From contig JAZQFJ010000091.1 in the NCBI GenBank assembly GCA_045539475.1, forward strand, positions 28,003-92,002: a stretch of 64,000 nt of DNA. Direction: 5' to 3'. How positions within the stretch are numbered: the first letter of the stretch is position 1; each line of letters begins with the position of its first letter. Positions 52,611 through 61,060 of the stretch are shown one piece after another. A program made the translations under genes and the position numbers. This DNA is from Eubacteriales bacterium. GTDB lineage: Bacteria; Bacillota; Clostridia; Oscillospirales; JAAYXM01. The notes beneath the pieces were generated by a model, which worked only from the letters and a program-made list of their open reading frames with translations, searched no databases and was not told the origin of the DNA.

Positions 52611-52800
52611 ACATCGTGTTGAGCAGTATGGTGATTACTGCAGAACGAGTCTTTTCTTTATTTCATACGGAGCAACATTAACCTGTATTGACTGTCAGAA
52701 AACATATTCTTATCGCAGTCTGAGGTTAAATATGCATCCCATAAAATACATAAAAAACCGTCGCAAAGAACGGTTGTATCAAGATGAATTACCATTTTAA
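52582..52800 (+). CDS. small Cys-containing hypothetical protein
   Basis: ATG 52582 follows AAAGGAG; 72 aa. Confidence 0.35.
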   Translation: MQIPKTCLHKHRVEQYGDYCRTSLFFISYGATLTCIDCQKTYSYRSLRLNMHPIKYIKNRRKERLYQDELPF

Positions 52801-52817
52801 TTTAAGGAGGTCCCACT

Positions 52818-53366
52818 ATGACTTTTTTTGATTTTCTACAATTGGTTGGAGGCTTGATATTGGCTTTTGGCTATCTGCCTCAAATCACACAATTGCTCCG
52901 TACAAAATCTTGCGGAGATCTTAATCTTAAAACATATCTGTATCTCACATTGGGTATAGGATTGATGGAAATATACGCAGTCGATTTGTCAAAGAACGAC
53001 TATGGGGATATGTTTTTGATAACAAACACACTTTCACTAATACTCGTATCATTGATTTCTACCTTGATTATCAGATACAGACTTCGTGAGTATAATCGTA
53101 TTATGAAAGAGCGTAATCCTGATTTGGTTACACATCATGCATATTATGTTACAAAATGGGAAGACGGCTCAAAGGTAATTACTCCGTGTGAAGTAAACGT
53201 CAGAACGAAGGAGATTACGAAAATTTATAGTTCTCCATACGATATTGATTCGACATTGGAATCAGAAGCACTTCTGCTTTATGATACCGAGTATGAGGTT
53301 TATTCTGAAGAACACTGCACCACCAAACGCACGGCAAACATAGAAGACAATTGGGTTCCGTGGTAA
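52818..53366 (+). CDS. PQ-loop (SemiSWEET-like) three-TM domain fused to a ~90-aa soluble C-terminal domain
   Basis: LILAFGYLPQITQLLRTKSCGDLNLKTYLYL carries the PQ motif in TM1, followed by two further TM helices. Confidence 0.55.
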   Translation: MTFFDFLQLVGGLILAFGYLPQITQLLRTKSCGDLNLKTYLYLTLGIGLMEIYAVDLSKNDYGDMFLITNTLSLILVSLISTLIIRYRLREYNRIMKERNPDLVTHHAYYVTKWEDGSKVITPCEVNVRTKEITKIYSSPYDIDSTLESEALLLYDTEYEVYSEEHCTTKRTANIEDNWVPW

Positions 53367-53381
53367 TTGCGGAGGTGTATT

Positions 53382-54308
53382 ATGAGTAAACCCAATCGTG
53401 CTCTTACCAGCATAGTGTCATACCCGGAACGTGGTGAAGGTGGAAATAACCGTTATCGTGGCAACTGTTCCCCGAGGCTTATCGAGGACCTGATAGGTTT
53501 TTTCAAACCCGGTGAAGTTTGCGATTACATGTGCGGCAGCGGAACAACAAGAGCTGCTGCAGATAAATGCGGTATCAAAAGCCATCTTTACGATCTGCAC
53601 AGTGGGTTTGACATAATGAATTGTGAGATTCAGGAACGCCCTGAGTTCATTTTCTGGCATCCTCCATACTGGGATATAATAAAATACTCGGATGTTATGT
53701 ATAAGGCGTCTGATGTTGAAAATCGGTATGGATACAATCCTATGCAGTTTGATCTATCCCGGATACCGACATGGGAAGGTTTTGTCAAAGCAATGAATTA
53801 TGCTATGATGAAGCAATTTGCATCGCTTGAAAAAGGTGGACGTGTAGCGGTACTTATGGGTGACATCAAGAAAAAGGGTAAGCTATACAGTATGCTGTCT
53901 GAAATAATTAAGCCAGGTACACTTGAGAATATCATTATCAAGACCCAGCATAACTGCGTTTCGGACAACACGACTTATAGCGGCACATTCATTCCGATTT
54001 TGCACGAGTATGTGATGATTGTTCGCAAGGACGAATCGCTCATTATCCCGGTTATCACTGCTAAAGAGTATATAACCGATATGCGTGATATCAAAGAAGC
54101 GTCGTGGAAGGATGTTATCGCCTCTGTCCTGGAGAAAAGCGACTCTGAAGTTTCACTTGCGTATCTTTACGAGCAGCTTGCAAACCATAAAAAGACAAGA
54201 ACAAATAAATGGTGGAGAGAGAAAATCCGCCAGACCTTGCAGTGCAATCCTGCACACTTTCTTCATACCGGTCGCGGTATGTGGAAGCTTAACAGGAGTA
54301 CAGCATAG
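53382..54308 (+). CDS. orphan DNA methyltransferase (candidate; motif I then motif IV order)
   Basis: AdoMet-binding CDYMCGSGTT and a catalytic-type FWHPPYW motif. ATG 53382 follows GGAGGTG. Confidence 0.6.
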   Translation: MSKPNRALTSIVSYPERGEGGNNRYRGNCSPRLIEDLIGFFKPGEVCDYMCGSGTTRAAADKCGIKSHLYDLHSGFDIMNCEIQERPEFIFWHPPYWDIIKYSDVMYKASDVENRYGYNPMQFDLSRIPTWEGFVKAMNYAMMKQFASLEKGGRVAVLMGDIKKKGKLYSMLSEIIKPGTLENIIIKTQHNCVSDNTTYSGTFIPILHEYVMIVRKDESLIIPVITAKEYITDMRDIKEASWKDVIASVLEKSDSEVSLAYLYEQLANHKKTRTNKWWREKIRQTLQCNPAHFLHTGRGMWKLNRSTA

Positions 54309-54316
54309 TTTAGTTG

Positions 54317-54347
54317 AGAGGGGTGTTATTTCGGTAGCACCTCTTTT
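54317..54347 (+). terminator. hairpin terminator after the methyltransferase gene
   Basis: AGAGGGGTG pairs with CACCTCT (one bulge), then TTTTGC. Confidence 0.5.
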
Positions 54348-54394
54348 GCTTTAGTGGAATAAGCGTACATTGCCCTATTTCTTCTGCAAATGAA

Positions 54395-54516
54395 TTGACT
54401 ATAATGAGGTTTTCTGATATAATAAATATATAAGTTTCAAGGTTTCCATAGAGAAATCACAGTTATCAGAGTTTACGAAGTGTCGTTTGCGCCATGCGCA
54501 GATGGCACTTTTTTGT
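54395..54516 (+). ncRNA. promoter + structured leader/small RNA + terminator, repeat family copy 3 of 3
   Basis: TTGACT 54395-400, 17-nt spacer, TATAAT 54418-23, ATAAGTTTCA, hairpin GGTTTC/GAAATC, terminator AGTGTC..TGCGC CAT GCGCA..GGCACT followed by TTTTTTGTTTTC. Confidence 0.6.
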
Positions 54517-54620
54517 TTTCTCGCCCAATATTTTGGACACAAGCCGACATCACCTTCGGGTTATGTTGGCTTTTGTTATATATTATCAAAGGCGAAAGCC
54601 TCAAAGAAAGGAGCATTTCT

Positions 54621-55760
54621 ATGCTACAATGTCAAGACGGTTTTTACACCACGTTCAGTTCCTATCCCACAATGAGGAACTACCATGAGGAACAGGCGAA
54701 AGAAAGCAGGTGGGTTCGCTGCAAGGTAAACGAGCTGCAGATTGAAGCACTTGACGATCCTTCGACTATGTACTCACGCCCCATCCCGTTTGCTTCGGGA
54801 ATCACAAGTGAAGCTGTGCACGACACAGCGAAAAACCTCGGCCTGGCTATGGATATTGATGGTAAAGCATACCCCATCCGTACCACGGCCTACAAAAGCC
54901 TGCTCGACAGAGCGAAAATCGGAGGCACCGTTCTCCCCAAACTCAGCCGAAAAGTGTTATCGGATGTTCTGAACGAATGTCTGAAGCTCTATCCCTCGGA
55001 TGCGCTTGTGCTCATAAGGGATCAGAAGGTATCCGCCGTTCACTCAGGTGATGAAGTGGATTATTCCGTTCTGCCGATTGATGAGCTTCTGGGCACTCTT
55101 CAGGATAAGCTGGATGCACGCTTTCCGGGAAACGAGTTTGAATACGGTTACTCGGATCATTCGATTACCAGTGCATCTTGGACGATGCCGAATCAAAAGG
55201 ATGACCTTGTCGGCGATTATGCAAAGCATTTGACCGCAATAGGTAAATCATACCTTGCAAAGAACCTTGTGCCGGGTATCAGGTTTATAACGTCGGACAC
55301 GGGGGTTGCTTCCGCAAAGGTATCGGCTCTGCTTATGGGCGGTCAGTATCCTATCCATATAGGGAGCTGTATTGCGGTGGATCACAGACATCAGTCCAAG
55401 GTCGAGAATTTTACAAATGCACTCGACCAGCTCTTTGCTCAGTTCGGGGATTCTGTTGCAAAGCTTCAGAAGCTTACGGAGATTACACTGTCATATCCGG
55501 TCAATGCAATGACAAGGATTTGCAAAAAACTCAGTATGCCGAAGAAAGCTGCACTCGGAGCAATCCGGATGTTTGAGATGTCATACGGTGGCGGACCTGC
55601 AACGGCTCATGACGTGTTTATGGCGATGCAGGAAATTATGTTTCTTCTAAAAACAGAGAATACCCCGGAGAGTAAGCTCTTGTTTATTGAAGAGAACCTT
55701 GCCAGAACCCTGTCTTTTGATTGGGATCAGTATGACCTTGCAAAGGCGGTGAACTACTGA
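54621..55760 (+). CDS. DUF932-family protein (common on conjugative elements)
   Basis: ATG 54621 follows AAAGGAG. The tracked extension (54480) would run through the copy-3 terminator. The family call is by overall resemblance. Confidence 0.55.
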   Translation: MLQCQDGFYTTFSSYPTMRNYHEEQAKESRWVRCKVNELQIEALDDPSTMYSRPIPFASGITSEAVHDTAKNLGLAMDIDGKAYPIRTTAYKSLLDRAKIGGTVLPKLSRKVLSDVLNECLKLYPSDALVLIRDQKVSAVHSGDEVDYSVLPIDELLGTLQDKLDARFPGNEFEYGYSDHSITSASWTMPNQKDDLVGDYAKHLTAIGKSYLAKNLVPGIRFITSDTGVASAKVSALLMGGQYPIHIGSCIAVDHRHQSKVENFTNALDQLFAQFGDSVAKLQKLTEITLSYPVNAMTRICKKLSMPKKAALGAIRMFEMSYGGGPATAHDVFMAMQEIMFLLKTENTPESKLLFIEENLARTLSFDWDQYDLAKAVNY

Positions 55761-56797
55761 TGGCAGCACCGATTATCCTGTGTGACACTGCCGGGATGGA
55801 CAGACCGACTTGGCTGGCCTGCCGAATGCACGGACCAAAGGGTGATATACCTTATACGGTCGGCGGCAGCGATGTTGCAGCGATTTTTGGTGTATCACCG
55901 TGGACAACACCCTTAGAGCTTTGGATGATCAAAAAAGGAAGAGCAAAGCCTTCTGTGAAGGCGAACGCAAATCAGCTGGAGATGGGACATTTCCTTGAAC
56001 CGATTGCAGCACACTTTTATGCGTTGAAGACAGGAAATACTGTGATTGAGGATACTAATATGTATCAGCACGCAGACCATAAATATGCATTGGCAGACAT
56101 TGATCGCCGAATTATTCGTGCGAACGACGGCGAACCAGGTGTACTGGAATGCAAAAGCTGTACATATCACAATGCTTCGGAATGGGCGGACGGGAAATAT
56201 CCGTTGTACTATGAATTTCAGCTCAGATACTATCTTGCAGTTCTCGACTTGAGTTTCGGAGACTTCTCAGCGTTATGGGGAAATAACCCCGATAACGATA
56301 TGGCTATGCCGGGGCTTACCCGGGACAAAGCCAAGGAGGATATGATATTTGAACGTCTTGACGAATGGATATGGAGTCTTGAGCATGATAAGCCGCCTAC
56401 GATGGACAGTATTGCGCCTAAGCTCGCTCTTGAATCTCTTGCAAGAATTTACGGAGCCGGTGACCCCAGTCTCCCGACAATAAATTTACCTGCGAAGTTC
56501 GAGAGACATGCACGTCGAATCCTTACCTTGCAGGATGAAATAGCGCTTTGCAAGAGCGATATCAAAAAATATGAAAAGGAGATAGAGGCACATTCAGTGC
56601 GAATCGCGGAGTTGATGAAGAAACACGAGCATGGGGTTATGGAAACAACCACAGATAGAATTCTTATTGATTTCGCAACTAAAACATCAACACGAACAGA
56701 CACAACACTGCTTAAGAAAAAGTATCCGGCTATCCATAACGAGCTGGTAACAACATCTGAAAGCAGAAAACTTAAATTGTCTGTCCAGCCTTTATAG
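55760..56797 (+). CDS. YqaJ-like (lambda-exonuclease fold) recombination exonuclease
   Basis: YTVGGSDVAAIFGVSPWTTPLELWMIKKGR is the YqaJ signature; also LECKS. Confidence 0.75.
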   Translation: MAAPIILCDTAGMDRPTWLACRMHGPKGDIPYTVGGSDVAAIFGVSPWTTPLELWMIKKGRAKPSVKANANQLEMGHFLEPIAAHFYALKTGNTVIEDTNMYQHADHKYALADIDRRIIRANDGEPGVLECKSCTYHNASEWADGKYPLYYEFQLRYYLAVLDLSFGDFSALWGNNPDNDMAMPGLTRDKAKEDMIFERLDEWIWSLEHDKPPTMDSIAPKLALESLARIYGAGDPSLPTINLPAKFERHARRILTLQDEIALCKSDIKKYEKEIEAHSVRIAELMKKHEHGVMETTTDRILIDFATKTSTRTDTTLLKKKYPAIHNELVTTSESRKLKLSVQPL

Positions 56798-56813
56798 GCA
56801 GAAAGGAACCATT

Positions 56814-57383
56814 ATGAATAATAACAATATTTTAAACTGCGAATGGGAACGATTTCTTGACACACAGATGCTTGATTACAACCGTTGTTGTCAAAAAGCA
56901 TATATTTGCTCTCCGCTCGGTGCGGAATCCAAAGATGTAATTCTGGAGAATATGCACTGTGCAAGAGCGTATATGCTTTATGCAGACGCAAGGCTCAATG
57001 TTGTATCAAGAGCACCTCATGCGTATTTACCTCTGCTGATCAGTGAAAAAACACCTGCAGAACGAGCACTCGCGCTTGAGTTCGGTATAAAGCTTCTTGA
57101 ACAGAGTGAAATACTTCTTGTATGTGGTATGCGTATCAGTGCGGGTATGAGAAACGAAATCGCAAGGGCTGCCGCACTCCGTATGGAAATAGTTACTTTC
57201 GACGACGATATGTTTACGGAAGTGAAGAAAATCGTTACCAAAAACGGAGGGAACAAAACTCTTGTCACACTTAATAGGGATCATCCTCTGTTAGCGTCAT
57301 TGAACCCCATTTATTACAAAGGTGGTGATGAGTTGTGGTCAGATTTCTTGAAAAGCTTAGGCTGCGCTCACAACAAAAAATGA
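56814..57383 (+). CDS. DUF4406 / nucleoside 2-deoxyribosyltransferase-like protein
   Basis: YICSPLGA...ILLVCGMRISAGMRNEIARAAALRMEIVTFD matches the usual layout of the family. Confidence 0.4.
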   Translation: MNNNNILNCEWERFLDTQMLDYNRCCQKAYICSPLGAESKDVILENMHCARAYMLYADARLNVVSRAPHAYLPLLISEKTPAERALALEFGIKLLEQSEILLVCGMRISAGMRNEIARAAALRMEIVTFDDDMFTEVKKIVTKNGGNKTLVTLNRDHPLLASLNPIYYKGGDELWSDFLKSLGCAHNKK

Positions 57384-57406
57384 CGGATTTTCGCGATAAT
57401 AAAGCG

Positions 57407-57520
57407 AACTCCCGGAACGGATCACAATCGTATGCTTGTAATCTCAAAACAACAGGACGCAGTCTTGTTTCAGAGATAATTGATAAGTTTTTCGATATGA
57501 TTCGTCGCCGGGAGTTTTTC
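57407..57520 (+). other. ~110-nt long imperfect hairpin closed by a 9-bp stem plus T-run, upstream of the helicase gene
   Basis: AACTCCCGG (57407-15) pairs with CCGGGAGTT (57508-16), then TTTTT. Inner stem AACAGGAC/GTCTTGTT (57450-57469). Confidence 0.5.
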
Positions 57521-57575
57521 TTTTCCCGGACATATAACTTGTTTGCTCTTGCGGTTATAAGAAAGGAGCGATGAT

Positions 57576-59759
57576 ATGTTATGTCGGTTTAGCAGGTTGG
57601 TTTATCCGCAAAGGCTTGAGAGCATATCCCCCGGCAGCTACATGGTAGCACTCTACACGCCTTGTGAAAGGATTCTCGACAGTACCGGTGAGGCTCTTAA
57701 AACAATCAAGGCTGTGGGGTATTCGTTGCCCACTTCGGATTTGTTTCGCTATGAGCTGAAAGGTCAGTGGAATAAGAACTCAAGACATGGTCTTCAGTTT
57801 GAGGTGGAAACATTTGAGGAAGTTATTCCTCCGACAAAGGAAGGTGTTATTGCATACCTCTCATCGGGACAGATTAAAGGCATAGGTCCAAAGCTTGCAG
57901 AAAAGATATATTCGGTTTTTGGGCTGGACGCGTTGAATGTACTGGATTCGGAGCCTGAAAAACTCATAGTTATTCCGGGAATAAGCGAAGCTAAGCTCGA
58001 AAAGATTTATGATTCATATCTTGCTAACCGCGCAGCGAGAAACGTCATTGCCTTTCTTACTCCATACGGGATTACGCCGAACCGCGCATTAAAGCTCTAT
58101 AAGGAATACGGTAACGATGCCATAAAGATTGTGAAGGAACATCCGTACAGACTTTGTGAGCTTGCAGGTGTAGGATTCAAGACCGCGGATAAGATTGCAA
58201 TGAGTATGGGATTTGATATGCTCTCTCCGGAAAGGATCTCTGAAGGGATACTCTATACGCTGACAAACGCAGAGGAAAGCGGACATCTGTGCATAGAGAA
58301 GGATAATTTCATCGGTGAGTGTATGAAAACACTTGATACGCCCGAACTTACCGCCGGAATAGTCGGAAGGCATGCAAACGAACTTATACGAAACCAAAGA
58401 ATTTGTGTATATGACGACTGCCTTTACAGCGGCAGGACGTATATTGCAGAAAAAGCACTCGCGATATATCTTGAGCGTCAGATTTCATTGTGTCGGAATT
58501 ATCAGTATGACAATCTTGATGTCGAGCTGGATAACGAGGAACGGTTGCTGAAAATAAAGTTTGCACCCGAGCAACGTGAGGCAGTTAAGACCGCGCTCAC
58601 TAACGGGATCTCCATCATTACCGGAGGTCCCGGTACGGGAAAGACTATGATACAGCGTGCCATACTCGATATTTACAGCCACAGAAACCCGCGGAATATC
58701 ATCTGTTGCTGTGCGCCTACGGGACGTGCGGCACGGCGCATGGAAGAATCTACGGGATATGCAGCATCTACCATTCATAAAGCACTTTGTCTGGCGGCAG
58801 GTGAAGACGGCGAATACGGAAGTCCGGAAAACATTGATGCAAACCTTGTTCTCATCGATGAGACTTCAATGCTCGATGTATATTTGTCCGGAAAGCTGTT
58901 TTCTGCCTTAAAAACAGGCACACAAGTAATTTTTGTCGGAGATGCCGACCAGTTGCCTTCAGTTGGTCCGGGCGCTGTTCTGAACGAAATGATATGCTGT
59001 GGCAGGATTCCTACCGTAAAGCTTGAAAGGGTGTTCAGGCAAGCATCCGGCAGCCGCATTGCTACAAACGCAAAGCTTATCAAGCAGAACAATGTGGGGC
59101 TTGAATACGGTGATGATTTTCAGTTTATAGATTCGAGCGATATTTCGGCTTCGGCAGAGATTATTGCACGAATTTATGCTGAGGAAGTCGAAAGATACGG
59201 AGTGGATAATGTTGCACTGCTTACACCATTTCGGCAGAAGACCGATACCGGTGCAAATGCTCTGAACGAAAGAATACGCGATATTATTAATCCGAGCTCA
59301 CCTCAGAAACTTGAGATTACTCGCGGAATCCGCATATTTCGCTGTGGGGACAAGGTCATGCAGATAAAGAATCGGGACGATGTCAGTAATGGTGATATAG
59401 GTTATATTATCAAAATCGAAGAAGAAGCCGGAGAAAAAACGGCGTTTATTGATTTTGGTGACGGCAGAGTCAAGGAATATGATCCCGCAGACCTCGATCT
59501 TATCGATCTCGGTTATGCATCCACCATCCACAAGGCTCAAGGCGCTGAGTATAAGTCAGTTATCATTAACCTGCAGAATGCGCATTATGTGATGCTCACA
59601 CGACCGCTTGTTTATACTGCGGTAACGCGTGGTAAAGAGCATGTCATATTTGTAGGTCAAAGACGTGCGCTATGCACTGCAATTAAAAGAACAGATACCG
59701 ATAAGCGAGGCACGCGCCTTGCGAAGCGGTTGTGTGATTACTCTAATCTTAACTCTTGA
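57576..59759 (+). CDS. RecD-like SF1 DNA helicase (HhH plus AAA_30 plus UvrD_C)
   Basis: Walker A ITGGPGTGKTM, motif VGDADQLPSVGPG, motif VI-type TIHKAQGAEYKSVI. Confidence 0.9.
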   Translation: MLCRFSRLVYPQRLESISPGSYMVALYTPCERILDSTGEALKTIKAVGYSLPTSDLFRYELKGQWNKNSRHGLQFEVETFEEVIPPTKEGVIAYLSSGQIKGIGPKLAEKIYSVFGLDALNVLDSEPEKLIVIPGISEAKLEKIYDSYLANRAARNVIAFLTPYGITPNRALKLYKEYGNDAIKIVKEHPYRLCELAGVGFKTADKIAMSMGFDMLSPERISEGILYTLTNAEESGHLCIEKDNFIGECMKTLDTPELTAGIVGRHANELIRNQRICVYDDCLYSGRTYIAEKALAIYLERQISLCRNYQYDNLDVELDNEERLLKIKFAPEQREAVKTALTNGISIITGGPGTGKTMIQRAILDIYSHRNPRNIICCCAPTGRAARRMEESTGYAASTIHKALCLAAGEDGEYGSPENIDANLVLIDETSMLDVYLSGKLFSALKTGTQVIFVGDADQLPSVGPGAVLNEMICCGRIPTVKLERVFRQASGSRIATNAKLIKQNNVGLEYGDDFQFIDSSDISASAEIIARIYAEEVERYGVDNVALLTPFRQKTDTGANALNERIRDIINPSSPQKLEITRGIRIFRCGDKVMQIKNRDDVSNGDIGYIIKIEEEAGEKTAFIDFGDGRVKEYDPADLDLIDLGYASTIHKAQGAEYKSVIINLQNAHYVMLTRPLVYTAVTRGKEHVIFVGQRRALCTAIKRTDTDKRGTRLAKRLCDYSNLNS

Positions 59760-59772
59760 AAGGAGAATACAA

Positions 59773-60222
59773 ATGGCTACTATATTGGCTAAATTCAAGA
59801 AAAGGCAATCCGACATAAATGAGCAGATTGCTGCAAGCAGCCTTCCGCTTGACGAGTTGCTTGTTATGCAGGAGCTCAATTATCGCATCAGTGTACTGGA
59901 AACATTCCAGTCCTTTTGTAAGACGGCTCCGGCAACAACTGATGCAAAGGTTCTTGTGCAGCATTACAGGCTTGTTGATGTTTGTGTGCGTTATCTGCTC
60001 ACAGACCATAAGTTCGGACTGTCAACCGATGAAAAAGGTAAAACAAAGCGCGAAACAGCACATAAAGTTTTGGAAGAGATAATCCTCACCAACCAAAGAC
60101 AGTTTTCGAGCTTTGTGGCTGAAACGCAGGATCAATACAAACGGAGGCTCTCTGAATATATCAATGCAATTTTACCTATGTGGTTGCAGTACAGAGACAC
60201 CTACATAACAATAACTCTATAG
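59773..60222 (+). CDS. hypothetical protein
   Basis: ATG 59773 follows AAGGAGA; 149 aa. Confidence 0.5.
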   Translation: MATILAKFKKRQSDINEQIAASSLPLDELLVMQELNYRISVLETFQSFCKTAPATTDAKVLVQHYRLVDVCVRYLLTDHKFGLSTDEKGKTKRETAHKVLEEIILTNQRQFSSFVAETQDQYKRRLSEYINAILPMWLQYRDTYITITL

Positions 60223-60233
60223 GAGGATCAGGT

Positions 60234-61007
60234 ATGAGTCAGAAAAACTCGAATGAGAAAGCGGCTATGATGCCATATATAGAAGACATCAATAAAATCG
60301 AAGGCTTTGATCCCGCACCGTTTGCGATAGATTATACCGACCTGAAAACAGGAGAGGTAAGAAAACGCTTGCCGGTTGTGATCAGGATTGCAATGTTTCG
60401 TATGAAGCATCTGCAAGGAAAGATTGCGGTTCAGGCAACTGCCGTTAAAGACGGCTTTGTCGCACAGGCAAGGGTATATCCGAACTACAAAGACGGTCCG
60501 GATGAGTTCCTTGCCGAAGCCTCGGCTTTCAGGGGCGCGTGTCCGGATAAACCCTCTGTTTCACCACGCGAATGGGCGCAAACGGCAGCCGTAGGGATTG
60601 CGCTTCGCAATGCCGGATTCGGAGTACAGTTTGATGTTGCAGGCGAAGATGTTGTTGAAACTATGGATGATGAATTTTCAGGCTCAACAGAAACATCGGC
60701 TTCAGGTGTAAAACCGGATGTAATGCCTTCAGGTTCAGAGAAAAGTCCGGATGCAGAATATACTGTTGCGCCGACATACAACGCTGAACCGCCCAAAGAA
60801 CTGACGCTTGAGGAACGGGTTCAGGAAGCTATGAAGGTTCCTTGCCCGATTGCCAAATTTAACGGCAGACCGCTTGGAGAGGTTCTTCGTGAAGACCAGA
60901 ATGCTGTTGTGTGGACGGCTACAAAATTCAGCGGTGATGAAAAAATCAGAGAAGCTGCACAGCTTATATGTGAATATGCCATGGAGCAGACACAAACTGA
61001 TGCGTAA
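60234..61007 (+). CDS. Rad52/Sak-like single-strand annealing protein (candidate)
   Basis: LPVVIRIAMFRMKHLQGKIAV and AQTAAVGIALRNAGFGVQF resemble the R..WFR and AeT.A..RAL...GfG segments of phage Sak/Rad52-type proteins. Confidence 0.45.
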   Translation: MSQKNSNEKAAMMPYIEDINKIEGFDPAPFAIDYTDLKTGEVRKRLPVVIRIAMFRMKHLQGKIAVQATAVKDGFVAQARVYPNYKDGPDEFLAEASAFRGACPDKPSVSPREWAQTAAVGIALRNAGFGVQFDVAGEDVVETMDDEFSGSTETSASGVKPDVMPSGSEKSPDAEYTVAPTYNAEPPKELTLEERVQEAMKVPCPIAKFNGRPLGEVLREDQNAVVWTATKFSGDEKIREAAQLICEYAMEQTQTDA

Positions 61008-61060
61008 ATTTTTCGGGAAATCAGGGGATGGCATTAAGCTGTCCCCGGAAAGGAGTCTGT

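Noticed and set aside
38230-54516. The three repeated modules might be single-stranded-DNA promoters (Frpo/ssi-like) of a plasmid leading region.
   Set aside because: The -35 and -10 hexamers are canonical in ordinary duplex form with exact 17-nt spacing, and they are not created by pairing of an inverted repeat. Only copy 2 shows partial complementarity between the -35 region and downstream sequence. I keep this as a minor alternative, not the main reading.
54480-54620. N-terminal extension of the DUF932 ORF as given in the six-frame track; similar extensions occur at 17355, 41041, 42004, 43815, 59665, 60180 and 32824.
   Set aside because: The extensions run through terminators, promoters or the preceding gene and lack an RBS. 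In each case an internal ATG with a GGAGG-type RBS gives a sensible N-terminus.
57335-57574. 79-aa + strand ORF between the DUF4406 and helicase genes.
   Set aside because: It overlaps the end of the DUF4406 gene and runs straight through a 110-nt hairpin with a T-run. It has no RBS, so a non-coding structure is more likely.
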